Positions 42,111 through 56,397 are shown, counted from the first letter of the stretch. The stretch is DNA of 64,000 bases from Octopus vulgaris (GCA_951406725.2 OX597828.1:53010001-53074000), one strand, 5' to 3'. Translations and numbers: made by a program. Notes: generated from the letters alone by a model not told the origin.

Positions 42111-42669
42111 GGTTATTATTATGAGGTCGCAGAATCATTTGCATGCCGAGCAAAATTCTTATCGGCATTTCGTCCGGCTTTACGTTCTGAGTTCAAAATT
42201 CTGCCGTGGTCGGGATTTTGCTTTCATCCTTACGGGGTCGATAAAATAAGTTCCAGCTAAGCACTGGGATTGATGTAATCGATTAGCTTTCTTAATTAAA
42301 ATTGAGAGAGCTAATCGATTAGCTTTCTCAGGCCTTGTGCCAAGATTAGAAAGGGAAAGAGAGGTGAACTGAGAGATCGCTAGAGTATCGGAAAAAGTAT
42401 CATTCGGTCACTTTCCCAGCTCTTTTTAAATTCTGAATTGAAATCCAGCCGGGATCAACTTTGTTTATCATTCCTCCGGGGTCGATAAATAAAGAACAGC
42501 TGCGAGTTTTGTGTTTAAATGAGGAAGAGTACCTCCTAACACTAACACTACTGCTGCTGCTCGTTCTATTATTGTTATTCTTGGTTATTGAGAAATGCAC
42601 CTAGAATCTCTTTTAATCTTGATTTAAGAATTCGCTATACCTTGGCGATGAACAAAAAATATTAATACT

Positions 42670-42790
42670 TAACAAAGTCTGTGAGAATGCCCTAGCAATA
42701 GTCACAGATGTTAAAAGTGCTGTTTTCTAAAACGTGCCTATGTCCATCTTCATAGGTAATTTTTCGATGTCTTTGAAGAAATGGTTGTAT
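42670..42790 (-). mobile_element. Second degraded RLE-type retrotransposon C-terminal fragment
   Basis: The minus strand reads FFKDIEKLPMKMDIGTF*KTALLTSVTIARAF, similar to the QKTALLGTA.I.R motif. Confidence 0.45.
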
Positions 42791-43364
42791 ATTATCACAG
42801 TTACGACGGCTTCTTTCAATTTCCAGTTACAAATGGAATGGTAGATACATTCTTTAACTACCATACTGGTTGCAGGTCAACAGATCGTTCTATGCCATTC
42901 CTTGGCAGTCCTGTTCACTGTATGACAACATTTCAGTTATTTCATGTTATGAAGTTTGCTTATTAATGTACTCTGCCATGGAGAGTAATGTATTTTTATT
43001 TATTGCGATCTAAAGGGATGAGCTGTTAGAATCAGTAGAGCGTCCGGCAAAATGTTTAGCGGCATTTCTTCTGGGATTTTTAACCCTCTGATTTCAAATC
43101 CCACCATTAACAATTTTGCATTTCATCCTTTTGGGGTCGATAATTTAAGTACTAGTGAAATATTGTGGTCGATATAATCGACTATTCCTCTCCCCTAAAA
43201 TTTTAGGCCTTCTGCCTTTAGTAGAAAGAAGTATCATTTTTTTTACCTCGATCATCTCCCTCCTATTGAGGATCATACATTGTTGACTTTTTAAAATTTT
43301 GTTTGTCTTGTTTACGCGCAAAATCCTCACAAGGACACACATACACATCCTTTGTATTGTCCTG

Positions 43365-43780
43365 TACTCTCTTTTACGCTTTTACTTGTTTCAGTCATTT
43401 AACTGCAGCCATTCTGGAGCACCGCCCTTAGTCGAGCAAATCGACCTCAGAGCTTATTCTTTGTAAGCCTAGTACTTAATCTATCGGTCTAATTAATCTG
43501 TTTGCCGAACCGCTATGTTACGGGAACGTAAACACACCAGCATCGGCTGTCAAGTGATGTTGGTGGGACAAACACATTCACACAAACATGTATATACACA
43601 TACATATACATACATATACGACGGGCTTCATCCAGTTTCCGTCTACTAAATTTACTCACAAGGCCTTGGTTGGCCCGAGGATATAGTAGAAGACACTTTC
43701 CCAAAGTGCCACGCAGTGGGACTGAATCCGGAACCATGTGGTTGGTAAGCAAGCTACTTACCACACAGCCACTCCTACGG
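43365..43780 (-). mobile_element. SINE family A copy (reverse)
   Basis: Reverse-complement match to the full family A sequence, including cttaccacacagccactcct. Confidence 0.85.
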
Positions 43781-45104
43781 CTATCTGTCCATAATGTTTT
43801 TCTTATTGTAAGCCATTGTGGTTAATAAAGCAAGCATCATTATAGTTATTATTCTTAATCTGCATGTTTGTTACAATCACTTGGCGAGACTCACCCAGCA
43901 TCCTAGAGCGAGTGAAAGGTAAGACATGTTACAGTTTGACTGAAAACTTGAAGAGGGGAAAGCAGCAGGGGCAGTATCGAAATATCTTTATGTAATACAA
44001 CAAATACGTTTAAATTGTATTTCTCAGCCCTATCCCCCTCCCGCCGCCGCCGCCATTCATGATATTTGGTGAGATAACACATGACAAGCTGTAAACTTTT
44101 GTCACTGGAAAAGATCTGAAGAAAGAAATATGTTCGTTTTAGTGATGTGACTGACAAAGCAATTGATGTTTACATATCACGTGATTTAAGTTGTCATTGG
44201 CCACAGAAATTGCGTGCTTGTGTGTGTCTGTATGCACTTGTTTATTTCTCTGTGTGTGCATGTGTATGTGTGCGCGCGCTCGTGTCATTGTTGGCCTGTG
44301 TTGTGATGTGACGAATCTCTGAAACTATAAAATGATCAAGATTTTATCTTCAACCAAAATGTGTATCACAGCCTGTTTGTAAAGACAGCGACAAAACATC
44401 TATTTATTTATTTATTTATTTATTTATTCATTTATTTATCTATCTAACAATCATTGTTGCTATCAATCAGTCAATCAGTCAAAATCAAGCTATCTACCCA
44501 CATATATATAATGTAAATTTATGCGTACATACACACACACATACTCATAGATTTTTCAGTATTCTCTAATCGTAAATCTGTCCTATTCTATGCTGTTATC
44601 ATTATTGTTGTTGCTGTTGTTGTTCTTATATGGTTCAGTTAACGCGATCTGGCGGTATGAACTATAGAATCACAAACAACAACATAACAAAGGGCAGAAA
44701 GTTGTTTCATAAGCCTGTCATATTGTAAGTAGATGAGGTATAATAACAATAATAATAATAATAATAAGGATGATGATGATGAGGAGGAGGAGGAGAATGT
44801 ACTTAAAATTTTCAACGTAATGGTTCAATCATCAGTCATAAAATGGTGATTCAGTAGAACCTTCAAGTTATCGCTATATAGCTAGGTAGGCACACAGGCA
44901 GACAGTGCTAAATAGACAGATAGATAGACACAAACATGCATACATACATACATACATTCATAGATGAGTGTGTGTGTGTGTGTCTTGGCAACAGGTGGTG
45001 GTTTTGGTCTGTCTAAGTGCCCATAGTTTAGCGGTTTACCAAAAATGCCTGATAGAATAAGTAGCCAGTTTTTAAAAAAATAGGAAAGAAATTTTGGGGG
45101 TCAG

Positions 45105-45530
45105 CCATTAGCACGTCAGGTAAAATGCTTAGCGGCATTTTGTCTGTCTTTACGTTCTGAGTTCAAATTCCACCGAAGTCGACCTAGCCTTTTATTCGTT
45201 CGGGGTCGTTAATAAGTATCAGCTGAATGCTGGAGTCGATATAACTAAGTTAACCTCTTCTTCGAAACTGCTGGCCCTGAGCCAAAATTTCAAATCATTA
45301 TTAAAATAGATACGAAGGCAGAGTGAGCTGGCAGAACCTTTAGCGTGCTAAAGGTTCTTAGCGCCATTTCGTCCGTCTTCCCGTTTTGTGTACAAATTTT
45401 GCTGAGATCGACTTTCATCCTTTCATCCTTTCAAGGTCGATAAAATAAGAACCAATTGATCACCAGGATCGATGTAATCGACTTGTTTACCACCCCAAAA
45501 TTGCTGGCTTTGTGCTAAAATTTGAAACAA
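45105..45530 (+). mobile_element. Two adjacent SINE family B copies
   Basis: Two consecutive family B bodies at ~45105-45290 and ~45320-45530. Further copies lie at ~40295, 41710, 42125, 43020, 49535 and 56025. Confidence 0.75.
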
Positions 45531-46502
45531 TTATCAAAGTAGGTGCTGCAGCTGGCCGCCTTCGTAACTACTTTAATAATACAAGGTTTTGTATCAAGCG
45601 CAGCAATGGTTGTTTGGCAGTCGTTTATATAGGAAACATCATTTCTTTTCGATATATTGTATTTTGAAAACATGATTATGTTCAAGTGTGTATTATGTCG
45701 TGAAATATAAAGAAAGAACTGGTCCTAGTCGAAAGGATTCTTATAATATATTTCACTGTGTTGACTTTCTGCATCGCAAATCTGATTCTGGTGTTCTTCA
45801 AATTTATCCAAACCAAAATATATTTAAAACTTAAAAATTACCTCCCATACACACCCACCCGCGCACAATGCATTTTTATGTGTCAAAATCCAAAACAAAG
45901 AGGAAAAAAGTAAATAAACTTCCTAAGGTGCATTTGAGTGCATTACATGTCGATGCATATTTCCATATTTCTGTTCTTTTAAATTGGTTGTTACGTATGT
46001 TGAGAAATATTTCGTTGTCGTATACCATATACCGATATTAAAACCTTTCATATCTGTAGAAAGTATTTAGTGTCTGTATAAATATATGTTGATATATAAA
46101 CATGTATATGAACATAGAAGAAGCATATATATATATTAAGGTATGTAGAAAAATACAACATGGACAAGAACGTATAACTCTTAGAAGACGATACAATAAA
46201 CACGGACAAGACATTCGAAACCCTCAGTCTTCAGTCAAGAACCGGATCATCGTAGTAATTTCGGCTGATTAATCTTGAGATTACTAGATCACGGCCAGCC
46301 CTCCAAGAAAAACTAAAATATGTATATATATGTATATATATGTATATATATATATACACACATATATTATTTATGCGTGTGTGTGTATCATAAATGAAAG
46401 GGAGACGATGAGACGATGACTAGAAATTCTTGTGTCAGAGTGGATAATTTCATTGCTTCGTTCAAGTGTTTGCCAACAACCGTGTGTGTGTGTGTGTGTA
46501 TG

Positions 46503-46554
<52 letters not shown>

Positions 46555-46795
46555 CTACACACACACACACACACATTTAAGCTATATATATATAAGTGTG
46601 TGTGGGTATGTGTCTGAGTATGTAGGTTTTCTGAAAAACATGAATTCCAATATTCTTTATCTCTCTTATTTGTACGAGCCACCTCGGCCATACTGGAGCA
46701 TCGCTTTATCACATTCAAATTTCGCGCGCTACCATAATGGCTGAACGCATCCCTGTTTTAGTATCATCTCTCTCTCTCTCTCTCTCTCTCCACAA

Positions 46796-46829
<34 letters not shown>

Positions 46830-46951
46830 CACGGGCTTCTTTCTGTTTCCGTCAATCAAATCCACTTACAAGGATGTGGTCGGGCCCGAAGCTATAGTAC
46901 AAGACACTTGCCCGAGGTGTCACGTAGTGTATACATACACAATATATATAG

Positions 46952-47172
46952 AGAGCTGGCAGAAGCGTTAGTACACCGGGCTAAATGCGTAGCCGTATTT
47001 CGTCTACCGTTACGTTCTGAGTTCAAATTCCGCCGAGGTCGACTTTGCCTTTCATCCTTTCGGGGTCGATAAATAGAGTACCAGTTTCTCACTGGGGTCA
47101 ATGTAATCGACTTTATCCCTTTGTCTGTTCTTGTTTGTCCCCTCTATGTTTGGCCCCTTGTGGACAATAAAG

Positions 47173-47176
<4 letters not shown>
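46952..47176 (+). mobile_element. SINE family B copy
   Basis: Near-full match to 36258-36493. Confidence 0.85.
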
Positions 47177-47223
<47 letters not shown>

Positions 47224-47252
47224 CATATATATACACACAATATATATATATA

Positions 47253-47290
<38 letters not shown>

Positions 47291-47305
47291 CACACAATAT
47301 ATATA

Positions 47306-47356
<51 letters not shown>

Positions 47357-47400
47357 AAACAAGTAAAAAATAGAAAATGCTAAAATAATTTTATAGTGAA

Positions 47401-47448
47401 CATTTCAGTACCGGTTTCGGTCATTTTGAGACCTTTTCAACTGTAACG
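47401..47448 (-). ncRNA. Minimal type I hammerhead ribozyme motif with U3:A8 core covariation
   Basis: Minus strand cgttacag-TTGAAAA-GGTC(tcaaaat)GACC-GAA-ACCGGT-A-ctgaaatg. Stem I pairs 7 of 8, stem II is 4 bp, stem III is palindromic and the cleavage triplet is GUA. Confidence 0.65.
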
Positions 47449-47671
47449 ATTAAATAATTAAATTTAGAAAAATTAGAAGAAAAGTTTTTTTAAAAGAATA
47501 TTTCTATAGTAGTGTTCAGATTTAAGTGGCATTCTGCCTTTCTCTGACTCCCTTGTTTGCACTTGTGTGTTCGAGGTAGTTGTGAGTTCTTGGTAGGGTA
47601 GTAGAGGGAAGCATGGTGAGGAAAGGGGTGGGAGAATCTGGGAGTGCCCTGATATATATATATATGTATTA

Positions 47672-47725
<54 letters not shown>

Positions 47726-47847
47726 TAATATATATATATGTATATATATGTATATATATATAGCTATTTAGATTATGCCACTATACAGAGAGCATGTCAT
47801 GCAGTGCATATATGTGTGCTTATATTTTGTTTATCTTCTCGTATTTA

Positions 47848-47889
<42 letters not shown>

Positions 47890-48037
47890 TGTGTGTGTAA
47901 CATAAATGAAAGGGAGACGATGTGACGATGACTAGAAATTCTTGTGTCAGAGTGGATAATTTCATTGCTTCGTTCAAAACACATCGTTGAGGCAGTGCTT
48001 GCCAACAACCGCACATCTACGCACGCACATACACACG

Positions 48038-48080
<43 letters not shown>

Positions 48081-48249
48081 TCACATACATACAGATATGC
48101 TCGTTAGTATATACATGCAACCATACATACATAGCAATGTATGCAAAGTGAAAAATAATATTAAATATATAAAGAAAATGTAAATTTTTAGAGCTTCATA
48201 TACATACATGCATATATCTATCTATCTATCTAATATATGTATCTATCTA

Positions 48250-48335
<86 letters not shown>

Positions 48336-48502
48336 TCTATGTAGAAAAGAGAGAGAGAGAGACAAAACAACGAAAACCGTTGACATAATTGTGTACGTAT
48401 ATTTGTGTGACTCTTGAATGTAATATTAATATACATACATTCATGGACATACGAATATATACACAATATATATATATATATATATATATACACTCACACT
48501 AT

Positions 48503-48542
<40 letters not shown>

Positions 48543-49782
48543 AATGAAAATATATAGAATATATGTAAGAATATCTGCATATTTATACACTCCCACACAA
48601 ATAAGATTTCCACGTGTCAATTAAGATTCAAGTTCTATCCTAAAAGATGAGTAACACACACACACGCACACACACAATAACTCATACACACACTAACTCA
48701 TGCACACACATGCTTATATACACATACATACATATATGCAGACAGTCAGACATGCAGACAATGTCCGGAGAGTTAAGCAGGAAAATAAAAAGAATAATGT
48801 GAAGTCGATGTTATTATCAGCCGAATACTGTGTCATTGTTGTGAGAGAAGAAGGATGCGTATGGATGTATTCTTGTTGTGTGTGAGTATATGTGTGTATG
48901 TATGTTCTTAATCAGCGCCTCATCCCGAACTTTCTCTCCTCCTTCAACCGTCAGGCAAGATGGCGGTGGGGAAACTGTATAAACGACCACGTGACGTGTT
49001 GTGCCAAAAGGCAAGGGACCTGCAAAGTCAGACAACTCTTATGTTGACGACCTTGTCAGATAAATTCGCCAAAACAGCTAAAGTCATTTATCGTCTTTTC
49101 TCTATCGAAGCTTTCCGCGTCTGTGTGTGTGAGTGTGTTTGTGTGTGTGTGTTTGTTTGTGTGTGTGTGTTTGTGTGAGTGTGTTTGTGTGTGTGTGTTT
49201 GTTTGTGTGTGTGTGTTTGTGTGTGTGAGTGAACCCGTGTGGGTTATGTATATGGATGTGTGAGTGGTAACACATGGGGTTTTGTCTGTCTAGTTATGGA
49301 TTGCTGTGTATGTATATATATATATATATATGTGTGTGTTTGTGTGTTTGTGTATGCGTCTGTATATAGATGTGTGTAATATATGTATTTCTCTCACACT
49401 CTCTCTTTCTCTTTCTCCGTCCCATTCTCTCACTCTCTCTCTGTCTCTCTCACTATCTCTCTATGTTTATCTATGATTGACTTGGTATGTGTGGAGGTAT
49501 TTATATGGATGTGGAAATACTTATACATAAGCAAGGCGGCGAGCTGGCAGAATCGTTAACTAGCCGGGAGAAATGCTTGGCGGCATTTCGTCTGTCTTTA
49601 CGTTCTGAGTTCAAATGTCGCCGGGGTCGACTTTGCCTTTTATCCTTTCGTAGTCGATGAATTAAATACCGGTGAAACACTGGGGTTGATGTAATCGACT
49701 TACCTCCGCCCCCAAAATTTCAGGCTTTGTGCTTATAGTAGAAATATTTATACACGGGCTTCTGTGGGTGTAGTTGTGTGTG

Positions 49783-49814
<32 letters not shown>

Positions 49815-50307
49815 CGCGTGTGTGTGTGTGTGTGTGTTTGTGTGTAATTATGCTTGGTTTCTTGCGTGTGTGTGGCTATGATCATCAGTTTTGTGGGTGT
49901 ATGACATGCGTGAAAGCACATGTATGTATGTATGTATGTATGTATGTATGTATGTATGTATGTATGTATGTATGTATGTACTTATGTATGAATTTAGTTA
50001 TGCTTGTATGTATGTATGTACTTATGTGTGCAGTATTTCTGTGTATAGCCATGCTTTGGGCTTCGTATTTGTAATTATTATGTGTGTGTATGTGGGTATC
50101 AAATACTGTTGTCAGTGGTGGTGATGGTGCTGCTGCTGATGATGATGAGGATGATGAAGACGACAATTATGATTGTGAAGATGATGTTGATGTTGCGTGA
50201 CATGAAAATTCTAGCGATAATAGTGTTGCCGGTAGTGGTGATCAGGATGATGGCGATTCGTAATGTTGATATTTGTAAATGATGATGAATACAGTCATGG
50301 GCGTGTT

Positions 50308-50390
50308 GTATGTATGTATGTATGTATGTATGTATGTATGTATGTATGTATGTATGTATGTATCTATTTGTCTCCCTATCTATCTGTTTG

Positions 50391-50429
<39 letters not shown>

Positions 50430-50497
50430 CTGCCTATCTATTTATCTGCCTATCTATTTATCTGCTTGTCTATTTATCTACTTATCTGTTTATCTTC

Positions 50498-50569
<72 letters not shown>

Positions 50570-50642
50570 ATGTCTGTCTGTGTGTCTGTCTGTCTATCTA
50601 TCTATCTTTTTATCTATCTAGCTATCTATCTATCTATTCATT

Positions 50643-50684
<42 letters not shown>

Positions 50685-50800
50685 TCTTTTTAACTATCAA
50701 TCTCTCTATCAAGTTATTTATTTATCTATCGTTCTTTTTATACTATCTCTCTGTCTGTCTATCTATCTATCTATCTATCTATCTGTTTATCTATATTTCT
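50308..50800. repeat. (TATG)n/(TC)n/(TATC)n/(TGTC)n tetranucleotide array
   Basis: Directly visible. Confidence 0.9.
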
Positions 50801-51415
50801 TAGTATGTCTAAGAGTACATGATTACACAAGAAATTTCCTGCTGAAATGGAAGCAATACCCCAGAGAATTCTTTCCCTCTCATCTCCCCACCCACATGGC
50901 AGCCGTCGGGAATTTACTCCCTGACTATCAGCTGTGTTCTATTTCCCCTCTACAAGATCTCCAGCTGAAGATCTCATTTCTCAATGGAATAAGAGAAAAG
51001 AAAACTCATTTCACATTTATTTCACATAAAAGAAACAAGAATTTCAAACATCCTACCAAACATTATACGAAGAACCTAAGAACCTAACAAACTATTCTGT
51101 CGGAGCATCGGGTCGAATACCTTGCTGTATTTCATTATGACCTTCAACGCTCAGTTTTAACATTCATCCTTCCGGGTAATACTTATATAAGTCAAAATAT
51201 TGTGTTGCTTAACCCTAGGTCAGCCTTTATTATATACCGTTCTTATGATCAAAGGCGTTCCCGCCATGAACATCTCGTTTTATGTTCAGCTATTGAATAT
51301 TTTAATTCTGATATAGCATTCTAGAAAGAAAGAGAAAAAGTGACTGGGTGGTCATAATTCGAAAGCTATGATTATATAGTTTTTTTTTTTTTTATCAGAA
51401 CTGACATTGGTCTAA

Positions 51416-51901
51416 ACAAATGTTTTTCAAACATTTTTTGCCTGTGGACCCCTTTCATCCTTTGTTTTACGCATCTGGGCCCCCATAGCCATTCAATGTT
51501 TAAATGAAATCCTATAACATTTTTGTTATTACATATTACAAGAAACTGTATCAAAAATTTGTTGGAATACTTTGTGCACTGTAGAAGTGTAACCATTTCA
51601 TTGTACATACATTTTGATTTCAAAATTTGGCACAAGGCCAGCAAGTTCGAAGAAGGAGAAAAGTCGATTACATTGACTCCAGTGTTCAACTGGTACTTAT
51701 TGTATCGACTCCAAAAGGATGAAAGTCAAAAGTCAACCTCGGCGGAATTAGAGCTAAGAACGTGAAGGCGGACAAAATGTCGCTACGTATTTTGCCCGGC
51801 GTTCTAACGATTCTGCCATCTCGCCCTTTATTGCACATAAATTTTAACAACAAAACCTTATATGCATCCCCTATGGCCATATGGATCCCGGTTGAGAGCC
51901 A
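51416..51901. mobile_element. Degenerate hAT-type MITE interrupted by a SINE B copy
   Basis: Ends caaatgtttttcaaac...gtggacccc and ccggttgagagccac resemble CAGTGGTTCTCAAC TIRs. A related fragment lies at ~58495-58585. Confidence 0.4.
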
Positions 51902-53029
51902 CAAAAACAAGACAATACACAGCAAACCCACAAGAGATGGCTGAGGAATTCTCGTCCCTGAGCGAAATCTCACCAGGGAAGAAATTTTTACCCACCCACA
52001 GACCAAATTTCTAGAAATCTACATCAAATACAAAACGAGACAAAGAATGTGTAATCCTCAACGTGTAAACAATAGTATAAAGTTACGTTCATATGTATTT
52101 GTAAAATTTAAACATTTGCATTTTTTTCTCGGCCCAGAGGCGCCCCCATTGAAATGATTAGCAATTCGTACAATAACTCCCCACCTTCGGCATCACGCGC
52201 TCGATAGACCAGCCAGATATAGCAGTCAAATCTCCCTCAAATCAGGCTGTAGCACCTCTAAAGTTAAAAAAAACTCATTAAATATTGAAGTTCCTAGAGG
52301 AATAAATTACCCCAACCAATAATAACAGTAAGAATGTAAATACTTTCTGCTATAGGAACAAGGCCTGAAATTTTAGGGTGCGGGTTGGTCGATTACATCG
52401 ACCCCAGTACTCAACTGGTACTTATTTTATTGACTTTGAAAGAATGAAAGATAAAGTCGACATGGGCGGAATTCGAAATCAAGATCTGAAGACGGATGAA
52501 ATACCGTTACACATTTAGTAAGTATTTAATAATGAAAAACGTACAAAATTAATAGAAAACAGAAAAACTTGTAAGTGGTAGAGACACAGGAGGCGACGAT
52601 GGTGGTGGTGGTTGTGGTAGGGGTGATGGTGGTGGTGGTGATGGTGGTAGTGGGTGTAGTAGTAGTCATAGTGGGAGCTGAGAGTGATGGAGGGAAAAGA
52701 CACGTGGTTCAATGCTAATAGACAAGGAATAATTTCATTACGTCAAGTATAACATTGGAGGGAAATGTTTCGATGTGCTTATCTTTAGATTTGATTTATT
52801 TTATTTAGATTAGACACACACGCACACACACACATATACACACATAAACACACACACACACACACGTTTACTCTGTCTGTCTCTCTCTTTGTCTCATCCA
52901 TCCATACATACATGCATTCTTTTATTCCTTTACTGGTTTCAATCATTTGACTGCGGCCACGCTGAAGCACCACCTTTAGTCATCCGTACGCACACACATA
53001 CATACTTACATGCATGCCTGCATGCACAT

Positions 53030-53077
<48 letters not shown>

Positions 53078-53326
53078 ATATATATATATATATATATATC
53101 AATAATAACAAAGGGTGAAATTAATTAATTAAGTAATCAGTAATTTCACCAAGTAGAATTCGGCATGAAAAGGACCAAATCATGGTAAGTTTAAGTAATA
53201 CTATATAGTTAGGGTTCAGCAACGATTTACTTCACCACATACCGAAGTTTAGAAATAGCAGTCAAAAAATCTTAGCTATTCCTTCTACTTTAAAGTATAA
53301 TTATATAATATTCATACATACATACA

Positions 53327-53360
<34 letters not shown>

Positions 53361-56300
53361 ATCCAACCTGATAGAATGTAGACGGTGCCAAAGGACTTGA
53401 AATACATTCCTGCTCACTTCTAGGTTTGTGTAGATAGGGGCTCTAAGTTGAGCCACGTTTTTAAACCATAGGAGAGTATGGAAGTGGATTGTTGTTGCCT
53501 TTGCTGTTACTGCTGCTGATGATGATGATGTCAAGCTTAAATGTCAGACATAACACAACAACATTTTACCCATTTGGGGTTAACCTTTCTGCGACATTGT
53601 GTACAATAAAATACAGAAGTAAAACAAACATTTAGTTAAGATATTGATGACAGTATTGACGATGGTGGTAATAGTAGTAGTAGTAGTAGTAGTAATAATA
53701 ATGTTAATCTGATGTTTACGAAGGGGCTATATCGTACTAATGATGATCCTTTCTACAAAAGGTACGAGGCTTGAAATTTTGGGGGAGGGGACTAGTCGAT
53801 TAAGGACACCGAAAGGATGAAAGGTAAAGTCGACCTCGGCGGTATTTGAACTCGGAATGTAGCGACAGGCCATATACCGCTAAGCATTTCATCCAGCGTG
53901 CTAACGATTCTGCCAGCTCGTAGCCATAATAATAATAATAATGGGTGTTTCAAATGTTGGCACAAGGCCAGCAGAAGTGTTATATCGATTACATCGACCT
54001 CAATTGGTGAACTGCTACTTAACTTCTATCGATCTGGAAAAGAGGTAAAACAGACCCACATAAGGTCCATGGAAATAGCATTTGAAAGAATTTATCAAAA
54101 TAAAATATTTTATTTCGCGTTTGAAATAACACACACCACAACACACAAACGCTCATGGTATATATATATATATATATATACGTGTGTGTGTATATATTTG
54201 CAACAAAGAATTTTACTTCTTACTCTGTGTGTGTTTGTGTGTGTGTTGCGCCATGTAATCAAGCCGAGGAAACTAATTTATGAATTACATGACAAATGTG
54301 TTAAGAAACTCCACAGGGAATATCAATGTAATAAAACAACCATTGTTTGCGCCATGTCAGCGTGGGTTGGGTTAGCGACCTGACAAGATGAGCGCCGGGT
54401 CTTTTGTGTGTTTAGTATTTGTCTTTTGGTTGTAAAAGGATAGACTACATTTGACAGACCCTTATGAATTATCTCCAAATTCTCTTACCCTTGTCGTCGT
54501 TGTTGTCGTTTAACCCCGTTTAAGTAGTAACCCTGTATTCAAAGATATTCCCGCTACGATTCATATATTCAAGCAAACTGTAAGTTGGTCTGTAGTATCC
54601 CGAGCGTTTCTTTTTTTCCAAATGCGATGGAATATACTATAAGAGAGACTTGCCTGCTATTTCATGCAAGTTTGATTTCAGATAATCGTTAGAATGTGTC
54701 CATTGAAATGCAATTCGAAGACACCTGATGTACATAACTTTTCGCCCTCCCAACCCAAACTAAACCCGTTAAGTTTTAGTGCCTATATCATGCATAAATC
54801 ACAGATAAGCAAAGAAGAAGCTATTGTCATCTTCTGTGGCGAAGACTTCTTGAACTGTGCTCTCGTTACAAAAACACATTAAATGTCAAAAAATAGGTAC
54901 TTTAAACGTATAATTTTTTAAAAAAATGAAAACAAATACGTAGTACTATTCTCTCTACCAGCATGGTCGCAGTCAAATGTTCGTTGCATTGCTGCCAGAA
55001 TTTTCCTAAACTTTACAAATAAGTATTTCCACAATGACTATATATAAGTTCTTTGTTAGAAGATAACGTTAGAGGTGGCCACATTTTCACCACAAATTTT
55101 ATTATTTCCTCGCTGAGAGTAAACAGAAACTCTTTCCAGTATTGGCGGGCAAATCGCTCTGTTTGTAATATCAACAACTTTCATATTTAACAGTTCAGTG
55201 ATGTGCATCATTCAAAAGCTTATCGAGCTAAGATCTAAATTGCAGATAACAATGAAACAAAAAGTCCAATATTGTTTACTAACCATTTTCTAAGCAGTTT
55301 TTCTTTTTCTTTTTTTTTTTTCTTTTTGCAATATATGTAGACATTCAAACATTCAGAAAGACATCTCATCATTCCAAATACATTCAGACTATAAGGAATG
55401 GCAATTCACTTATAACAAATGGCCATGTGTACTTCATTGCTTTCACGGTAGGTAAGGAGGTAGTGTGGAAGTAGGGCAATGTCAAATGACAAATAGTACG
55501 TAAGTGTTAGAAGCAGAAGTAAAAGAGAGGCAAGATGAGGTGAATGTATCTATCAATTTTTCTGTACACATACACGCACATATACACGCGTGTGTATGTG
55601 TGTGTGTGTGAGAGAGAGAGAGAGGGGGGGGAGATAATTTACGATATACATAAGTTTATGTCATTTGTCCCTAGGTATGTTTCACCATTTAGTTTATTTG
55701 AAACCCTGCAGTGAATACTCCATCTGTAATTAGATGTTTAACCACAACGGATCATCGGGGAACACTTTGTTTGTATTGTGTTCAAGAGATCTAATGCTAT
55801 TTATAAATACTGATGAGAGTGAAGAGGATTCGTTGATGATGTTGTTTCCCAGCATTGCACGCACCGACCTACTCCAAATTGCAGAGGTGCATTCAGTACT
55901 GCAGTACAACTTTGCATGGAATTATTAAAAAAAACAAAGTAATGGGTTCTTTCAATTGTCACATCACAACGGCTCAGGTTACCGAGGGAAAGACACAGAC
56001 AAAATACAAAAAAGGAAAGTAATAGCAATGCTCAACGGCATTTCGTCTGTCCTTACGTTCTAAGTTCAAATTCCGCTGAGGTCGACTTTGCCTTTCAACC
56101 TTCCGGGGTCGAGAAAATAATTAACAGCCTAGTACTGAGCTTGATGTAATTAACTAGCTCCCTTCGACGAAATTGCTGGCCTTGTGCCAAAATGTATAAG
56201 TATTAATGCTTTCTTTATTAGTCAAAAGGATTAACAGAAATATCGTGGTCTTTACAAAATGGCCTAAAAAGGGATTACATAAAAATGTTTAAAGAATGGA

Positions 56301-56397
56301 CATTTTCTAACAATGGCTCTCTCTCACCAAATTCACTTTTAGACAGATTTCAGCCCGACCTCGTAGTTGTCGATCTTTGTTCCTACCTTCTCATACT

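Noticed and set aside
48910-48930. QRLIP peptide resembling Islet LIM2 RQLIPG
   Set aside because: No surrounding Cys/His LIM pattern or splice sites; a chance match.
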